A stretch of DNA of 46,712 nucleotides from a virus (lineage: Duplodnaviria > Caudoviricetes): IMG/VR virus record IMGVR_UViG_3300024310_000012, positions 1 to 46,712 of that record; one strand, written 5' to 3'. The notes below the pieces were generated by a model. The model saw nothing but the letters and a program-made list of their open reading frames with translations. It was not told the origin of the DNA and searched no databases. The position numbers and the translations under genes are program-made. Shown in pieces: positions 9,119-18,126 of this stretch (position 1 is the stretch's first letter; every line of letters starts with the position of its first letter).

Positions 9119-9593
9119 CGCCGGTCCAAATCCACATTGTTGACAGGGGCTCGAACCCAAGGGCGAGAAAGAACGGCATCAGCGGGCGCTTGGCGTTGTC
9201 GTGGGCCATCATGAAGCGGACCCCCTCCTCGATCAGCGCCGCCTTGGCAGAGCGCCACATGCGCCAGCCAATCATACCTTTGTCGCGGAACTCTGGTGCG
9301 AGATAGTGTCCCCCGTCAACCGCCGCGAGCGCCGTCCGATGATAAACATGGGTCTGCACGTAGAACGAGACAAAGCCTGCTAGCGTCCCATTCACCCGCG
9401 CCGTCCAGATTCGATAGATGCCCTCGGCCTCGTGGCGCAGCAGCCGCGCCCAATCTATGTCGAGCGGGAGGTCCGTGAACGGGGAGAGTTCGAGCCAATA
9501 ATTCTCGATCAGGTCGCGGATGCCCGGCTCGCGCAGGAGGATTTCCAGGCGCTCGAATCCAAACGAGAGCTTGTCATTTCCCCGTTTTGACAC
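9102..9593 (-). CDS. GNAT-family acetyltransferase-like protein
   Basis: TAR.NGTLAGF, YLAPEFR.KG..G, FFLALGFEP acetyl-CoA-binding pattern; probable GTG start at 9593. Confidence 0.8.
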   Translation of the reverse strand: MSKRGNDKLSFGFERLEILLREPGIRDLIENYWLELSPFTDLPLDIDWARLLRHEAEGIYRIWTARVNGTLAGFVSFYVQTHVYHRTALAAVDGGHYLAPEFRDKGMIGWRMWRSAKAALIEEGVRFMMAHDNAKRPLMPFFLALGFEPLSTMWIWTGDADHD

Positions 9594-10263
9594 GGTACGC
9601 CTGCAACGCGGCCGCCGAGCGCGGCCCCCACATGCCGTCAATCCGACCGTCATACCCGTAGGCCACGAGCGCGGTCTGAAGCCCCTTGATCGCCGCAACC
9701 ACCGGGCCGACCGTATCGCTCACCGCAGGCTTGGCCGGTATCCAGACCGGCGGGGTCGGCGTCCCCACCTGCGTATGCGCCCCCGCCCCCACGAGCGCGC
9801 GCCGGGCATACTTCAGCCGTCCGTCGAAGCCGGGCAGGTTCGTCGATGTCGTTCCGCCTGGCCGCTCGTAGGTCTGCCCGACCGAGAACACCGCATCCGC
9901 ATCGTTCAAGGTCTGCGAAACCGCCGTGATCGTGTGGTGATATTCCATCCTCAACTCAGCAAAGAGATAGCCATAATTGGCCTCATCGGATCGCCAATCG
10001 AGACGATGCAGATCGCAATAGTCCATGAAGGTTTTGCGCCGCGGGCCGGTCCATTGTGCCCACCCGTAGCCGCCCTGCCCCTCGGGCTGCCCGATCTCGT
10101 GGAGCTTCGTGAAGCCCGCGCTCTCGTATCCGAGATTGCCGACGATGCCGGCGGCCTGGAACGGCTGAAGATTGAAGAACTCCGCCAGCCGGTTAACCAG
10201 CCAGCCGCCGCGCTCCTCCCAGGTGTGGCCCGCGTCGGGCATGTCGAAAGGCTTGTCGCTCAC
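9574..10263 (-). CDS. Endolysin: phage tail lysozyme (Phage_lysozyme2-like) with C-terminal peptidoglycan-binding domain
   Basis: QAAGIVGNL..ES, GYGWAQWTGPRR, YERP, then LQ.AL...GY.GRIDG.WGPRS.AAL.AY. Confidence 0.88.
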   Translation of the reverse strand: MSDKPFDMPDAGHTWEERGGWLVNRLAEFFNLQPFQAAGIVGNLGYESAGFTKLHEIGQPEGQGGYGWAQWTGPRRKTFMDYCDLHRLDWRSDEANYGYLFAELRMEYHHTITAVSQTLNDADAVFSVGQTYERPGGTTSTNLPGFDGRLKYARRALVGAGAHTQVGTPTPPVWIPAKPAVSDTVGPVVAAIKGLQTALVAYGYDGRIDGMWGPRSAAALQAYRVKTGK

Positions 10264-10275
10264 TTAACGTCCTCC

Positions 10276-11337
10276 TCAATCGCTCGGGCTGGTGCTGGCG
10301 TTGGTCACGGTGCCGGTCAGGGTTAATCCGCCCCCTGTGCCGAGATTGGGCTGCCCAAAAGTGTCGGCATCGCCGTCACAGTAGATCGGCGGACTTGTCC
10401 CGGTGGGCAATTCTCCGTTGGTTCCAAGCGATTTCGGTTTATTGTCCGAGCCCCAGAACGCTGCAATTAACTCTGCCCCAGTCATTACTACACTAGGGGA
10501 CGCCCAAAATTGGGCAACCTCCCTATAGTTCGTCTGAAATCCGTCCCCCATAACATAAACGTCTTCGTCATTCCATTTTACATTGAAACCAACGCCGGTT
10601 CTTATTTCTCCGCTAGAAAAGACGGGGAAAATTGTTGGAGCGCTTCCCGCCTCACCGATCACGGTGACACAAGTCCAATTTGCCGAGTCTGGGTCGCTGA
10701 CATCCCAACTACGCGCAATGCCATACCAGCTAGCATCATAGATATTTGGAACAATAGGCGGGCCACCATCAAAAATTGATGTCGGCGGCCCTCCCGAGAA
10801 AGAGTTGGTTCCGTCACTTAAAGATGTATTTACAATATTGTCTGCACGATCATAAGGGTCCAGATTGTAACCTGGAATTGAAATCAAAATATCGTCAGAT
10901 GAGTCTCCCTCAGAGCGAAACCAATAAAACAGGGTGCCGGTTGAGCTGTCGCTTACGCCGGTAAGTGTTCCACTGCGCGCTAGATAAGCATGGGCATCAA
11001 AATGCACCGCCTTTGCGGTATAGGAGGAACCGCCACCGAAGGCGTTGATCTGAAGGATCATCGTGTTGAGCAGTGAGCGAAGATCGGCGGGGTCTTCCGC
11101 CCCGGAGAGAAGCCCCACTGTGTCGGCTGCCGTGACGGCATTGACGGATAGGGCAAAGCTGTTCAGCGCCGCATTCACCCCCCCAGGAAGAAGGGGCGAC
11201 GGCGGCACAATCGGGGCCGATCCAATGCCAGAGGCATTGACCTCAAGCGTCAGCGTATAGAGAAGACGATCGAGGTCAGAGAGGCCGACCGGCTGAGTGA
11301 TGAGTGGGATGTTCGCTTGGGTCATCCTTTGCCTCAA
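10276..11337 (-). CDS. Virion-associated protein with LamG/concanavalin-like C-terminal domain
   Basis: AV.FD...YL.R...LTG..DS..GT...W, LG.NGE.PTG..P..Y..GD....NLG.GG motifs; helical N-terminus; alternative start 11325. Confidence 0.55.
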   Translation of the reverse strand: MRQRMTQANIPLITQPVGLSDLDRLLYTLTLEVNASGIGSAPIVPPSPLLPGGVNAALNSFALSVNAVTAADTVGLLSGAEDPADLRSLLNTMILQINAFGGGSSYTAKAVHFDAHAYLARSGTLTGVSDSSTGTLFYWFRSEGDSSDDILISIPGYNLDPYDRADNIVNTSLSDGTNSFSGGPPTSIFDGGPPIVPNIYDASWYGIARSWDVSDPDSANWTCVTVIGEAGSAPTIFPVFSSGEIRTGVGFNVKWNDEDVYVMGDGFQTNYREVAQFWASPSVVMTGAELIAAFWGSDNKPKSLGTNGELPTGTSPPIYCDGDADTFGQPNLGTGGGLTLTGTVTNASTSPSD

Positions 11338-11585
11338 ATATGTTGCGACACGGCGAGCCCGAGCAGCACGCTCAGGATCGTAAAGCCGAATTTCCAGATA
11401 ATCGCACGCAGCTGCTCCAGCGCCGCCCCGTTCTCGGCGTGCATCCGGTCGCGCTCAGCCCGCATCCCCATGAACTGAGCCTCGGTTTGATGCGACAGCG
11501 CCCGAACCTGGCGCCGCAGCTGGCGGCTCATCCGGCCGCACTCCCCGATATGGTCCTCAAGCCGCTGTCTTGTCCCCATCATCAT
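11334..11585 (-). CDS. Coiled-coil protein with C-terminal TM (holin/XhlA-like)
   Basis: RLEDHIGEC..., C-terminal IIWKFGFTILSVLLGLAV; close to the endolysin. Confidence 0.55.
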   Translation of the reverse strand: MMMGTRQRLEDHIGECGRMSRQLRRQVRALSHQTEAQFMGMRAERDRMHAENGAALEQLRAIIWKFGFTILSVLLGLAVSQHI

Positions 11586-11860
11586 TGAATGTTCGACCCC
11601 CTCAGTCTCGCCTCGAGTTCGCCGGTCGTCGGCCGCGTAGCCTCCAGTACCTTAATCCGATCCTCAAGCCGATCGTCGTCCCGCTGCAATTGATCGACCC
11701 CGTCCCTAATTCCGGCACGCATCCTGTCCATCTCGCTACGGATCGCGCCTCGGAACTCCTCGTGCTCGCGGATCGAGAGCGACTTGTCGAACAGCCGGGA
11801 CAGCATCCCAATCCCCCCGACCAGGAGCGCCCCGAGGGCTATGCCGACTTGCCAGTCCAG
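11582..11860 (-). CDS. N-terminal TM plus coiled-coil protein (lysis-associated?), probable CTG start
   Basis: The frame is open upstream of ATG 11806, adding (L)DWQVGIALGALLVGGIG; GGGAAGG lies 8 nt before CTG 11860. Confidence 0.55.
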   Translation of the reverse strand: MDWQVGIALGALLVGGIGMLSRLFDKSLSIREHEEFRGAIRSEMDRMRAGIRDGVDQLQRDDDRLEDRIKVLEATRPTTGELEARLRGSNIQ

Positions 11861-11878
11861 AGGTCGCGCCTTCCCGCA

Positions 11879-14800
11879 TCACATCTTCATCGGGCCGATG
11901 TAGGCCGTGCCGATCGCGATGTCTTTGTAATAAATGTGCCAATCCGTCGTCGGAAACTGATAGAGACCGCCGTAGTAGTTGTTGAACCACATCGACATAG
12001 TCCCGAGATTGGCGAACGGAACGACCTCGGTGGACGACAGCGCGCTTGCCGTTGGCGGGTTGCTGCGCCATTGAAAGTTAGTCTTCGAGAAGACTTTGCG
12101 CCCGTCAATCCATGCCTCAACGATGCCGTCAGCCGCAGCAGGCGTTACGCCGGTCGGGTCCCATGTGTTCAGCTTCAGCCTGATCTCGATGCAGTACCAT
12201 TGCCCCTGCTTGATAATGACCGCGCCGGGATTCCAGAAGAAATCATCCTGGCATGTTAGCTTACTATAGCTGTAGGCCCCCATCGCGAACGCGCGATAGA
12301 GCGGGTCACTTGGGATGGTTCCGAGCACCCACTGATTGCGGTTCGACCAGCCGAAATTGTGATAGGGGCCTGATGTCGAGCCGCACGCGCCACCGTTACC
12401 GTCGTCGGTCGTGCGGTGCGCCGGGCCGATTGCCCACTTCCCGCCATGGATCGAGCCGAAACCGTCCGGCTGCTGAACGTCCGTTCCGAGCAGCTGGTAG
12501 AAGCGGACGTATATCTCCTCGGGCATCTTCCCGGCAGCGATTGGAGCGCCGGTCGCGTACAGGATGCGAGCCTTCCCCGAATTGATCGACACCGGGCCGC
12601 CCGCGCCGCTCCCCAGGCCGGCGTTGATCTCGAACGTCGTCGTCGTCAGGTTCGCCTGTGTGTAGGCGTTGAAGCTACCCGTCGTCACGCCGCCGACCGT
12701 GACGGCGGCGCGTTGGGAATAACCCGGACCAAAAGCATTCGGCACGTCGGTCGGATTCGCCATGTAGCCGTGCCCCGGCAGCGTGACGACGACCGGACTC
12801 CCTGCCCCGGCGACCGAGTAGGAGGCAACCGCGCCGCTATCCGTGACCGTCGAGCCCGGTACGATGTAGACGCTCGCGGAATTATCGTCCGTGCTCCCGA
12901 CATTCCCGGCCGTCAGCGAGAACTGCGCGCAGAAGACCGACGAACCGTGAAATGCGAACAGCCCCGCCGCCGTGATCGCATGAGCACCGTTCAGCGCGGC
13001 ATTCCCGCTGCCCGAAATAAGTAGCTGCCCCGTTGTCGAAATCCTGTTCGCGCCGTCCATGCAATAGGTGACGACGTTGGAGGTTATCGAGTACCCGACA
13101 TTTTTGTTGCCGCTGTACCCGTAATTGATGAGGTCGAACGTGTAGTGATTGGCGTCGATGATGCTGGTGATCTTGAACCAATCGTACTCGTCGCCGCCGA
13201 AGACGATGCCTCCGACCGAGACGTGATAGGGAAACCGAACCCAATCGCCGGAGGAAGCGCCGTGCGTCGTGTCATGGACGGTGATCGACTTCGACCCCGC
13301 AACGGTCGTGAACCCTGTCCCGCTGCCGAGCGTCACGTCATGCGTGGCCCGCAGCGGGATCGTCTTGCCGTCGAGGAACGAATGGCTCTGGTCGCCGGTG
13401 TCCGTCGTGATGAAGAAATAGTTGGCGTCAACCAGGAGCGACGTATAGGTCGGGTCGTAGGCATACTGGAGGGCGGTTGTCGTCCCCGTCGTCAGGTCTG
13501 TGCAGCCAAACGTCGTCGCGGTATGACAGTCAACGATGGTCGGCTTTAGCCCCGACTGTTTCCCGGCGACCTGTCCATCGGTCGGCATCAGGAACTTGCC
13601 CGCCCCGACGAGCGGGATTTTGGTGTTGTCCACACCCGTATAGTCGATGTCGAGGTTGTTGCCGTAATCGACCGCGCTTTGCGTGAAACAGTTGGTGATG
13701 TCGGTCCCGACGCTGAACCCCGACTGGCCGGTGATCGCGCACGCGAAGATGATCCCCGCCTGGCTGCCGAGAGCCGCATCCTGCGTAACGTTGTTCGCAA
13801 TCCCAAGCTCGATCGAGTTCTCCACGGTCGGGATGTAGAGCCGATTGATGTGGAATGTGGCCGTGCCGCTGAACTGGCTCGCGTTCACCTGGAAGTGCAG
13901 CGTCGCGGTCGAGATCGTCTTGGCCGGGTTCGGTGCCGCAAACCGCAGCGCAACATTCATCGCCCCGAAGCGCAGCCCCCAGGCCGGCCCCGACGACCAT
14001 GCCGTGCTCTTGCCGGTCGGATTGTTGATCGTCCCGCCCGTCACCTGGCCGCTGGCGACCGTGACCGGCGTCACCGTAACGCCTTCGCAGTTGCCGTTCT
14101 GATCGCTCACCGTCGCGGTGGCCGAGCTATAGCCGCTACCCTTGAAATCCATCACGAGGGCATTGACGACCCCGCTGCCATCAACCGTCAGATGGCCTAG
14201 AGCCTGGGTCGAGGATGCCGTCAGCGAAGCTGCCGAGACTTGTAGGGCACGATCCGTGACGTACACGCCAGCCCCGCCCGTCGTACCGCTGGTCTGGCTC
14301 AGGACCGCCGCGCCGCCCGCTACAGGGCCGGCACCTGCCACCGTATCCCCGATGTGGATCGTGCCTGTCACGGCAGAAGTCGTAAGGTTGGTGCCCGAAC
14401 TTGTGCCGGTAAAGGTTGCCTGCACGCCCGATGTTTGCGGCGCGGAGAACGCCACGAAGGGTGGAGAGCGGCACCCCGCGTTGATCGAGCCGCTCGTCGA
14501 GGTATCGAGCGAGGTTCCTGTCAGGTTCGCCAGCGTATCCGTCGAGGTATCCGTGTAGACGACAGCGATCGTCGGGCGGTTGCCTGTCGTCGGATCGAAC
14601 CGCGATTGAATGAACCGGAGGCCTCCGCTGGCATACGACATCATAATCTGTGGCTGCGCGTTGCCGGTATCGGCCAGCAGCTGCTTCACGTCGGCGGTCA
14701 GGTTGGAGGTAATGTCGTTCTGAGCGTGCGTGACCGTCGCGTAGTCGGTCGTGCCCTGGACAACCGAGTTCTTGTCTATCCAATCGCCCCCGGCGTGTAT

Positions 14801-15097
14801 CCAGGCCAAGCCGCTTTCGGTGTGGAAGTTAATCCCGCTCGTCCCGACAACGACGCCGTTGTTGAAATAGGTGGAAGGATCGGACGTGCTATCGGGGACC
14901 GGGTAATAGGCAAAATCGTTCACAGCATCGGAGAGAAACCAGCCCGCTGTGTTTGGCGGCAGTGGCGTGGTCGTCACCCCGCCATGCCCGAATAGTCGGG
15001 CGCCTGCTGGGTCGAGCGATAGCACCAACAGCATCCCGACGAGGAACGGAAACAGCAGGGTCAGCAGGATTGCCGCGAGGATCGGCCAGCGGCGCAT
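11879..15097 (-). CDS. Large exported fibre/spike-like protein with C-terminal polysaccharide lyase-like jelly-roll
   Basis: Signal MRRWPILAAILLTLL...; Thr/Gly/Ser-rich beta repeats; EEIYVRFY, GGKW, GQWYCIE...KLNT, DG.VEAWIDG, WFNNYYGG. Confidence 0.65.
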   Translation of the reverse strand: MRRWPILAAILLTLLFPFLVGMLLVLSLDPAGARLFGHGGVTTTPLPPNTAGWFLSDAVNDFAYYPVPDSTSDPSTYFNNGVVVGTSGINFHTESGLAWIHAGGDWIDKNSVVQGTTDYATVTHAQNDITSNLTADVKQLLADTGNAQPQIMMSYASGGLRFIQSRFDPTTGNRPTIAVVYTDTSTDTLANLTGTSLDTSTSGSINAGCRSPPFVAFSAPQTSGVQATFTGTSSGTNLTTSAVTGTIHIGDTVAGAGPVAGGAAVLSQTSGTTGGAGVYVTDRALQVSAASLTASSTQALGHLTVDGSGVVNALVMDFKGSGYSSATATVSDQNGNCEGVTVTPVTVASGQVTGGTINNPTGKSTAWSSGPAWGLRFGAMNVALRFAAPNPAKTISTATLHFQVNASQFSGTATFHINRLYIPTVENSIELGIANNVTQDAALGSQAGIIFACAITGQSGFSVGTDITNCFTQSAVDYGNNLDIDYTGVDNTKIPLVGAGKFLMPTDGQVAGKQSGLKPTIVDCHTATTFGCTDLTTGTTTALQYAYDPTYTSLLVDANYFFITTDTGDQSHSFLDGKTIPLRATHDVTLGSGTGFTTVAGSKSITVHDTTHGASSGDWVRFPYHVSVGGIVFGGDEYDWFKITSIIDANHYTFDLINYGYSGNKNVGYSITSNVVTYCMDGANRISTTGQLLISGSGNAALNGAHAITAAGLFAFHGSSVFCAQFSLTAGNVGSTDDNSASVYIVPGSTVTDSGAVASYSVAGAGSPVVVTLPGHGYMANPTDVPNAFGPGYSQRAAVTVGGVTTGSFNAYTQANLTTTTFEINAGLGSGAGGPVSINSGKARILYATGAPIAAGKMPEEIYVRFYQLLGTDVQQPDGFGSIHGGKWAIGPAHRTTDDGNGGACGSTSGPYHNFGWSNRNQWVLGTIPSDPLYRAFAMGAYSYSKLTCQDDFFWNPGAVIIKQGQWYCIEIRLKLNTWDPTGVTPAAADGIVEAWIDGRKVFSKTNFQWRSNPPTASALSSTEVVPFANLGTMSMWFNNYYGGLYQFPTTDWHIYYKDIAIGTAYIGPMKM

Positions 15098-15999
15098 CAG
15101 AATCCCCAATATGTCTTGGCGTTGCTGTTGAGGCTCGCAATGCTGCCCGACGCGATGCCTACCTCAACGATCTGGCCCAGGTATTGAGGGCTCACATAAT
15201 TGAGGCCGCCGACCGCAAGCCGAAGATCGACGCTTCCCGTCCCGGCGTTTCCGGTGTGTGAAGTGCCGTCAATGGTGCAGTCCGAGTTCGTTGCCCCGTT
15301 GGCAAGAAACTGCGTAACGTGCCACAGAGAAGAACTGACGGAACTGACAGTAAGGGCCGTCCCGGCTTTGCAATGAACTTGGTCGGCCGTCGAGTCCTGG
15401 CCGATGTCGGCGGCGTTTCCGCCACCGTTATTGCTGCCACCGAATGTATTGGTGGACTGCGTATCCCCGTTCTTCGTCGCCACCGTGTACATCGAGAACG
15501 GTTGAGAGAGTGTGTTTCCCGAACCCGTCGTCATTGTCAGGTATTGAGTCGAGCGATTTGTCCAAACCATGCACGCCGTAACCGGCGTCAGGCAGGCCGA
15601 GAGGAGCGCAGGTCGGTTTGCGACCGTGGCTTGGGTAGCGTCTCCGACGCCGCTGCCGCTCTTTTCATAAGCCGTCTTGACCGTGCAATTCGTCCCAGGG
15701 CAGGTGATCCCACCAATCGTCGCCGGGACAAGCGCGCCGGTCGTCGCGTCGGACAGCATATCCGCACAGGCGACATCGGTGCCGCCGGTCGAGTCGCAGG
15801 CGTTGATGAGCTTCTGTCCGCGATCGGTCCCCTTGAATGCACGCAAACCATACCATGCTGAGAACGTCGCGAGATCTCCGGGGCCAGTGTATGCAGCTGC
15901 ATGGACCGTGCCCGGCCCAGGCCAGGGCATCCCGACTTGCGCCGAGGCGGGCGCGATAAGCGCGGCAGACGCAGCAAGCGCAAGAAGCGTCCGCCTCAT
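15097..15999 (-). CDS. Exported LamG/ConA-like lectin-type protein
   Basis: Signal MRRTLLALAASAALIAPASA/Q; YTGPGD, WYGLRA, D.TQAT.ANRP.L, SQPFS, G.I.EVGI; 8 Cys. Confidence 0.65.
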   Translation of the reverse strand: MRRTLLALAASAALIAPASAQVGMPWPGPGTVHAAAYTGPGDLATFSAWYGLRAFKGTDRGQKLINACDSTGGTDVACADMLSDATTGALVPATIGGITCPGTNCTVKTAYEKSGSGVGDATQATVANRPALLSACLTPVTACMVWTNRSTQYLTMTTGSGNTLSQPFSMYTVATKNGDTQSTNTFGGSNNGGGNAADIGQDSTADQVHCKAGTALTVSSVSSSLWHVTQFLANGATNSDCTIDGTSHTGNAGTGSVDLRLAVGGLNYVSPQYLGQIVEVGIASGSIASLNSNAKTYWGF

Positions 16000-17384
16000 C
16001 GCACGACCCGCCAGTTCAGCGTGATCGCGCCGGGGGTCACTGAGGCATTCGTATTATTGCAGACCTTAAAGTTCACGTTGCCCGAGGTCGGATAGGAGAT
16101 GATCGTCAGCATCCCCGCCGTCGCCGGGATATAGCCCGTTACCGCCGTGGGGTCGCCGTTGAAGGATGCCAGGACAACATCGGTCGTCGCGGTGTTCGTG
16201 GCGGCTGTCGTGACGACGGAAGCGCAAGCCGCCGATGATATTGCGCTCGTGCCAAGGGCCGACGTGCCGGCGGCGATGGTGGTCGTGAGGCCGCCCGCTG
16301 CGGAGAGGTTGGCGGCGATGGCCGTCGCGACGCCCGTGCCAGGTGTGCTTCCGGCCAGCTTCGCCGCATCAACCGCCGTGTTGCATCCGAAGCCGGTATT
16401 CGTCGTCCAGTTCAGCGCGCTTGCCGCCGTCGAGCACGTTCCGACCGCGAGCGCCGTGGGTACCGCCGTCCCGCTGGTCGCATTTCCGACGACCGTGTTG
16501 GTGGCCTGGGTGGCGAGCTGGGCAAGCGTCGCCGCGCCCCACGTCATGTCGTCGTGGAGCAGGGTCGCGCCGGTCTGCGCCGCCGGCTGCGGCAGCCCGA
16601 GCCCGACGAGCCAGTTCGTTCCGTCCGAGTCCCAGGAAGAAACCTGATTGGCGCCGAGCTTGATCCCGGTCGCGCCCGCAATGCCGTTGACCGTCGAGGT
16701 CGTCGAGGTCGCGGTGATTGCGCCCTTGTTGACGCCCGTGAACGAGTACCCCGCCGCGAAGCTGCCCGTCGCCTGCGGAACCGCCATGCCGGTGAAGGTC
16801 GAGGCGAGGATGACCTCCTTCGCCGCGTCACCCGACAGGACCGTGTAGCTGTGCGAGCCGCCGTCAGCCGGTGAGTTCTGCGCGTTGGTCGTGGCGAGCG
16901 ATAGCCCTGCCGCACTCCCCGTCCATACAAGGTTCGGGGTTCCGGCCGCCACGGTGCCAGGGGCAGGATCAGCGCCCGTTGAGCCGATGAGAAGCTGCCC
17001 ATTAGTCATGGCAGCGACGGTCTTCTCACCCTGCGATCCGGCGCCGATTACGGGCGCATGGTTGGTGAGCGCCGCCGCCGAGGTCGCGCATGTCGCGCAG
17101 GCAATCGTGCCCGTCGCCGTGATCGTGCCCCCGGTAATCGGTGAGGTCGTCGCGACGCTCGTGACTGCGCTCAAGTTCGCGTTTATGTATGTCAGAATTT
17201 GCGTCATCGTGGCCTTGAGCGCCGCCACGCTTGCCCCGCATCCTTGGCAGATCGGTATGGTATCCGTGCCGCTGACTGCCGCCCCCGCGCTTAGCTCGTC
17301 GATGCGGCTTTGCGCGAATGCCGGTCCGGCCAGCACCCCAAGAAAGAGGAGCGCGGCGACCTGCCTATTGAACCAGGAGCGCAT
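15996..17384 (-). CDS. Exported tail/head fibre-like protein
   Basis: Signal ...GPAFA/Q; fibre motifs VTSVATTSPITGGTIT.TGTI, NGQLLIGSTGADP, NTVVGNATSG.A.PTAL; 8 Cys. Confidence 0.7.
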   Translation of the reverse strand: MRSWFNRQVAALLFLGVLAGPAFAQSRIDELSAGAAVSGTDTIPICQGCGASVAALKATMTQILTYINANLSAVTSVATTSPITGGTITATGTIACATCATSAAALTNHAPVIGAGSQGEKTVAAMTNGQLLIGSTGADPAPGTVAAGTPNLVWTGSAAGLSLATTNAQNSPADGGSHSYTVLSGDAAKEVILASTFTGMAVPQATGSFAAGYSFTGVNKGAITATSTTSTVNGIAGATGIKLGANQVSSWDSDGTNWLVGLGLPQPAAQTGATLLHDDMTWGAATLAQLATQATNTVVGNATSGTAVPTALAVGTCSTAASALNWTTNTGFGCNTAVDAAKLAGSTPGTGVATAIAANLSAAGGLTTTIAAGTSALGTSAISSAACASVVTTAATNTATTDVVLASFNGDPTAVTGYIPATAGMLTIISYPTSGNVNFKVCNNTNASVTPGAITLNWRVVR

Positions 17385-17586
17385 TTGAGGATGTCCCTGA
17401 AATGAGAAGGCAGTTCGTCGTCGTGCCGGAAATCAACAAGCAGTTGACAGCGGGCGGCGGCCCTGCCCCGGCTGCAAACCGCCGCAGATCGTCAAACCCC
17501 ATGCCGAAGCCAAAGCCCTGCGCCAAGGCCGAGCCCGAAAGCAGCAGGAGAGCGAGGATCAGTAGAGCGCGACGACGGCGGCGCAT
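17365..17586 (-). CDS. Small exported adaptor-like peptide, 73 aa
   Basis: Signal MRRRRRALLILALLLLSGSALA/Q; mature QGFGFGMGF...; C-terminal NCLLISGT x2 + NALLVQ. Confidence 0.7.
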   Translation of the reverse strand: MRRRRRALLILALLLLSGSALAQGFGFGMGFDDLRRFAAGAGPPPAVNCLLISGTTTNCLLISGTSSNALLVQ

Positions 17587-17879
17587 GTCGTGTTCGTGCT
17601 CATCAGCTTCGTGACGGAAAACGGCAGCAGCGCGCCCGATTGGACATTCGTAAACGTCACCGCCGCCGTATCGCCCTTGAAACGGACGGCGATGTTGCAA
17701 GCCGTCGCGTCGCCAATGAACAGCCCGCGAGTGACCGGGAACACGGTCGAATCGCTCTTGGTGAGAAGCCGGGCCTGGAGCGCCTGGTTGAATGTCGCGA
17801 CGCCCGCCGGCGGCGCCTGCGCCAACGCTTGGCTGGCGAAGAAAGCGCCGAGACCGGCGAGGAGTGTCCTGCGAAGCAT
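17559..17879 (-). CDS. Head spike base protein (RcGTA Rcc01079-like) carrying a signal peptide
   Basis: T.SDST....TRGLFIG....NIAVR..G....VTF.NV.SG..LP..V......NTT...VVALY; N-terminal MLRRTLLAGLGAFFASQALA/Q. Confidence 0.8.
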   Translation of the reverse strand: MLRRTLLAGLGAFFASQALAQAPPAGVATFNQALQARLLTKSDSTVFPVTRGLFIGDATACNIAVRFKGDTAAVTFTNVQSGALLPFSVTKLMSTNTTCAAVVALY

Positions 17880-18043
17880 CAGCCTTTCCTCCGCTTGCTT
17901 TTGCCGGCCTCGGAGAGCGCGATCGCGACCGCCTGCTTACGGCTTTTCACCTTCGGCCTGGTCTTCGATCCGCTGTGCAGAGTGCCGGTCTTATATTCAT
18001 GCATCACACGCCGCACCTTGTCCTTGCCCGTCTTGCGCGGCAT
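17879..18043 (-). CDS. Small basic DUF6496-like protein
   Basis: KV..VMHEYK.GTLHSG....KVKSRKQAVAIALSEAG; GGGAGGGG SD. Confidence 0.85.
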   Translation of the reverse strand: MPRKTGKDKVRRVMHEYKTGTLHSGSKTRPKVKSRKQAVAIALSEAGKSKRRKG

Positions 18044-18088
18044 GGCGCCCCTCCCGGTGATTCCTGCGAAGCTGGATGATCCCTGAAC

Positions 18089-18126
18089 CATAGGTTTCCT
18101 ATGCGCGCGAGGGTAGGTTATGTCAA
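18089..18126 (-). promoter_or_regulatory. Putative sigma70 promoter with overlapping palindrome, upstream of the exported-protein operon
   Basis: Minus strand TTGACA-N17-CATAGG; inverted repeat CATAGG-N3-CCTATG at 18089-18103. Confidence 0.5.
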
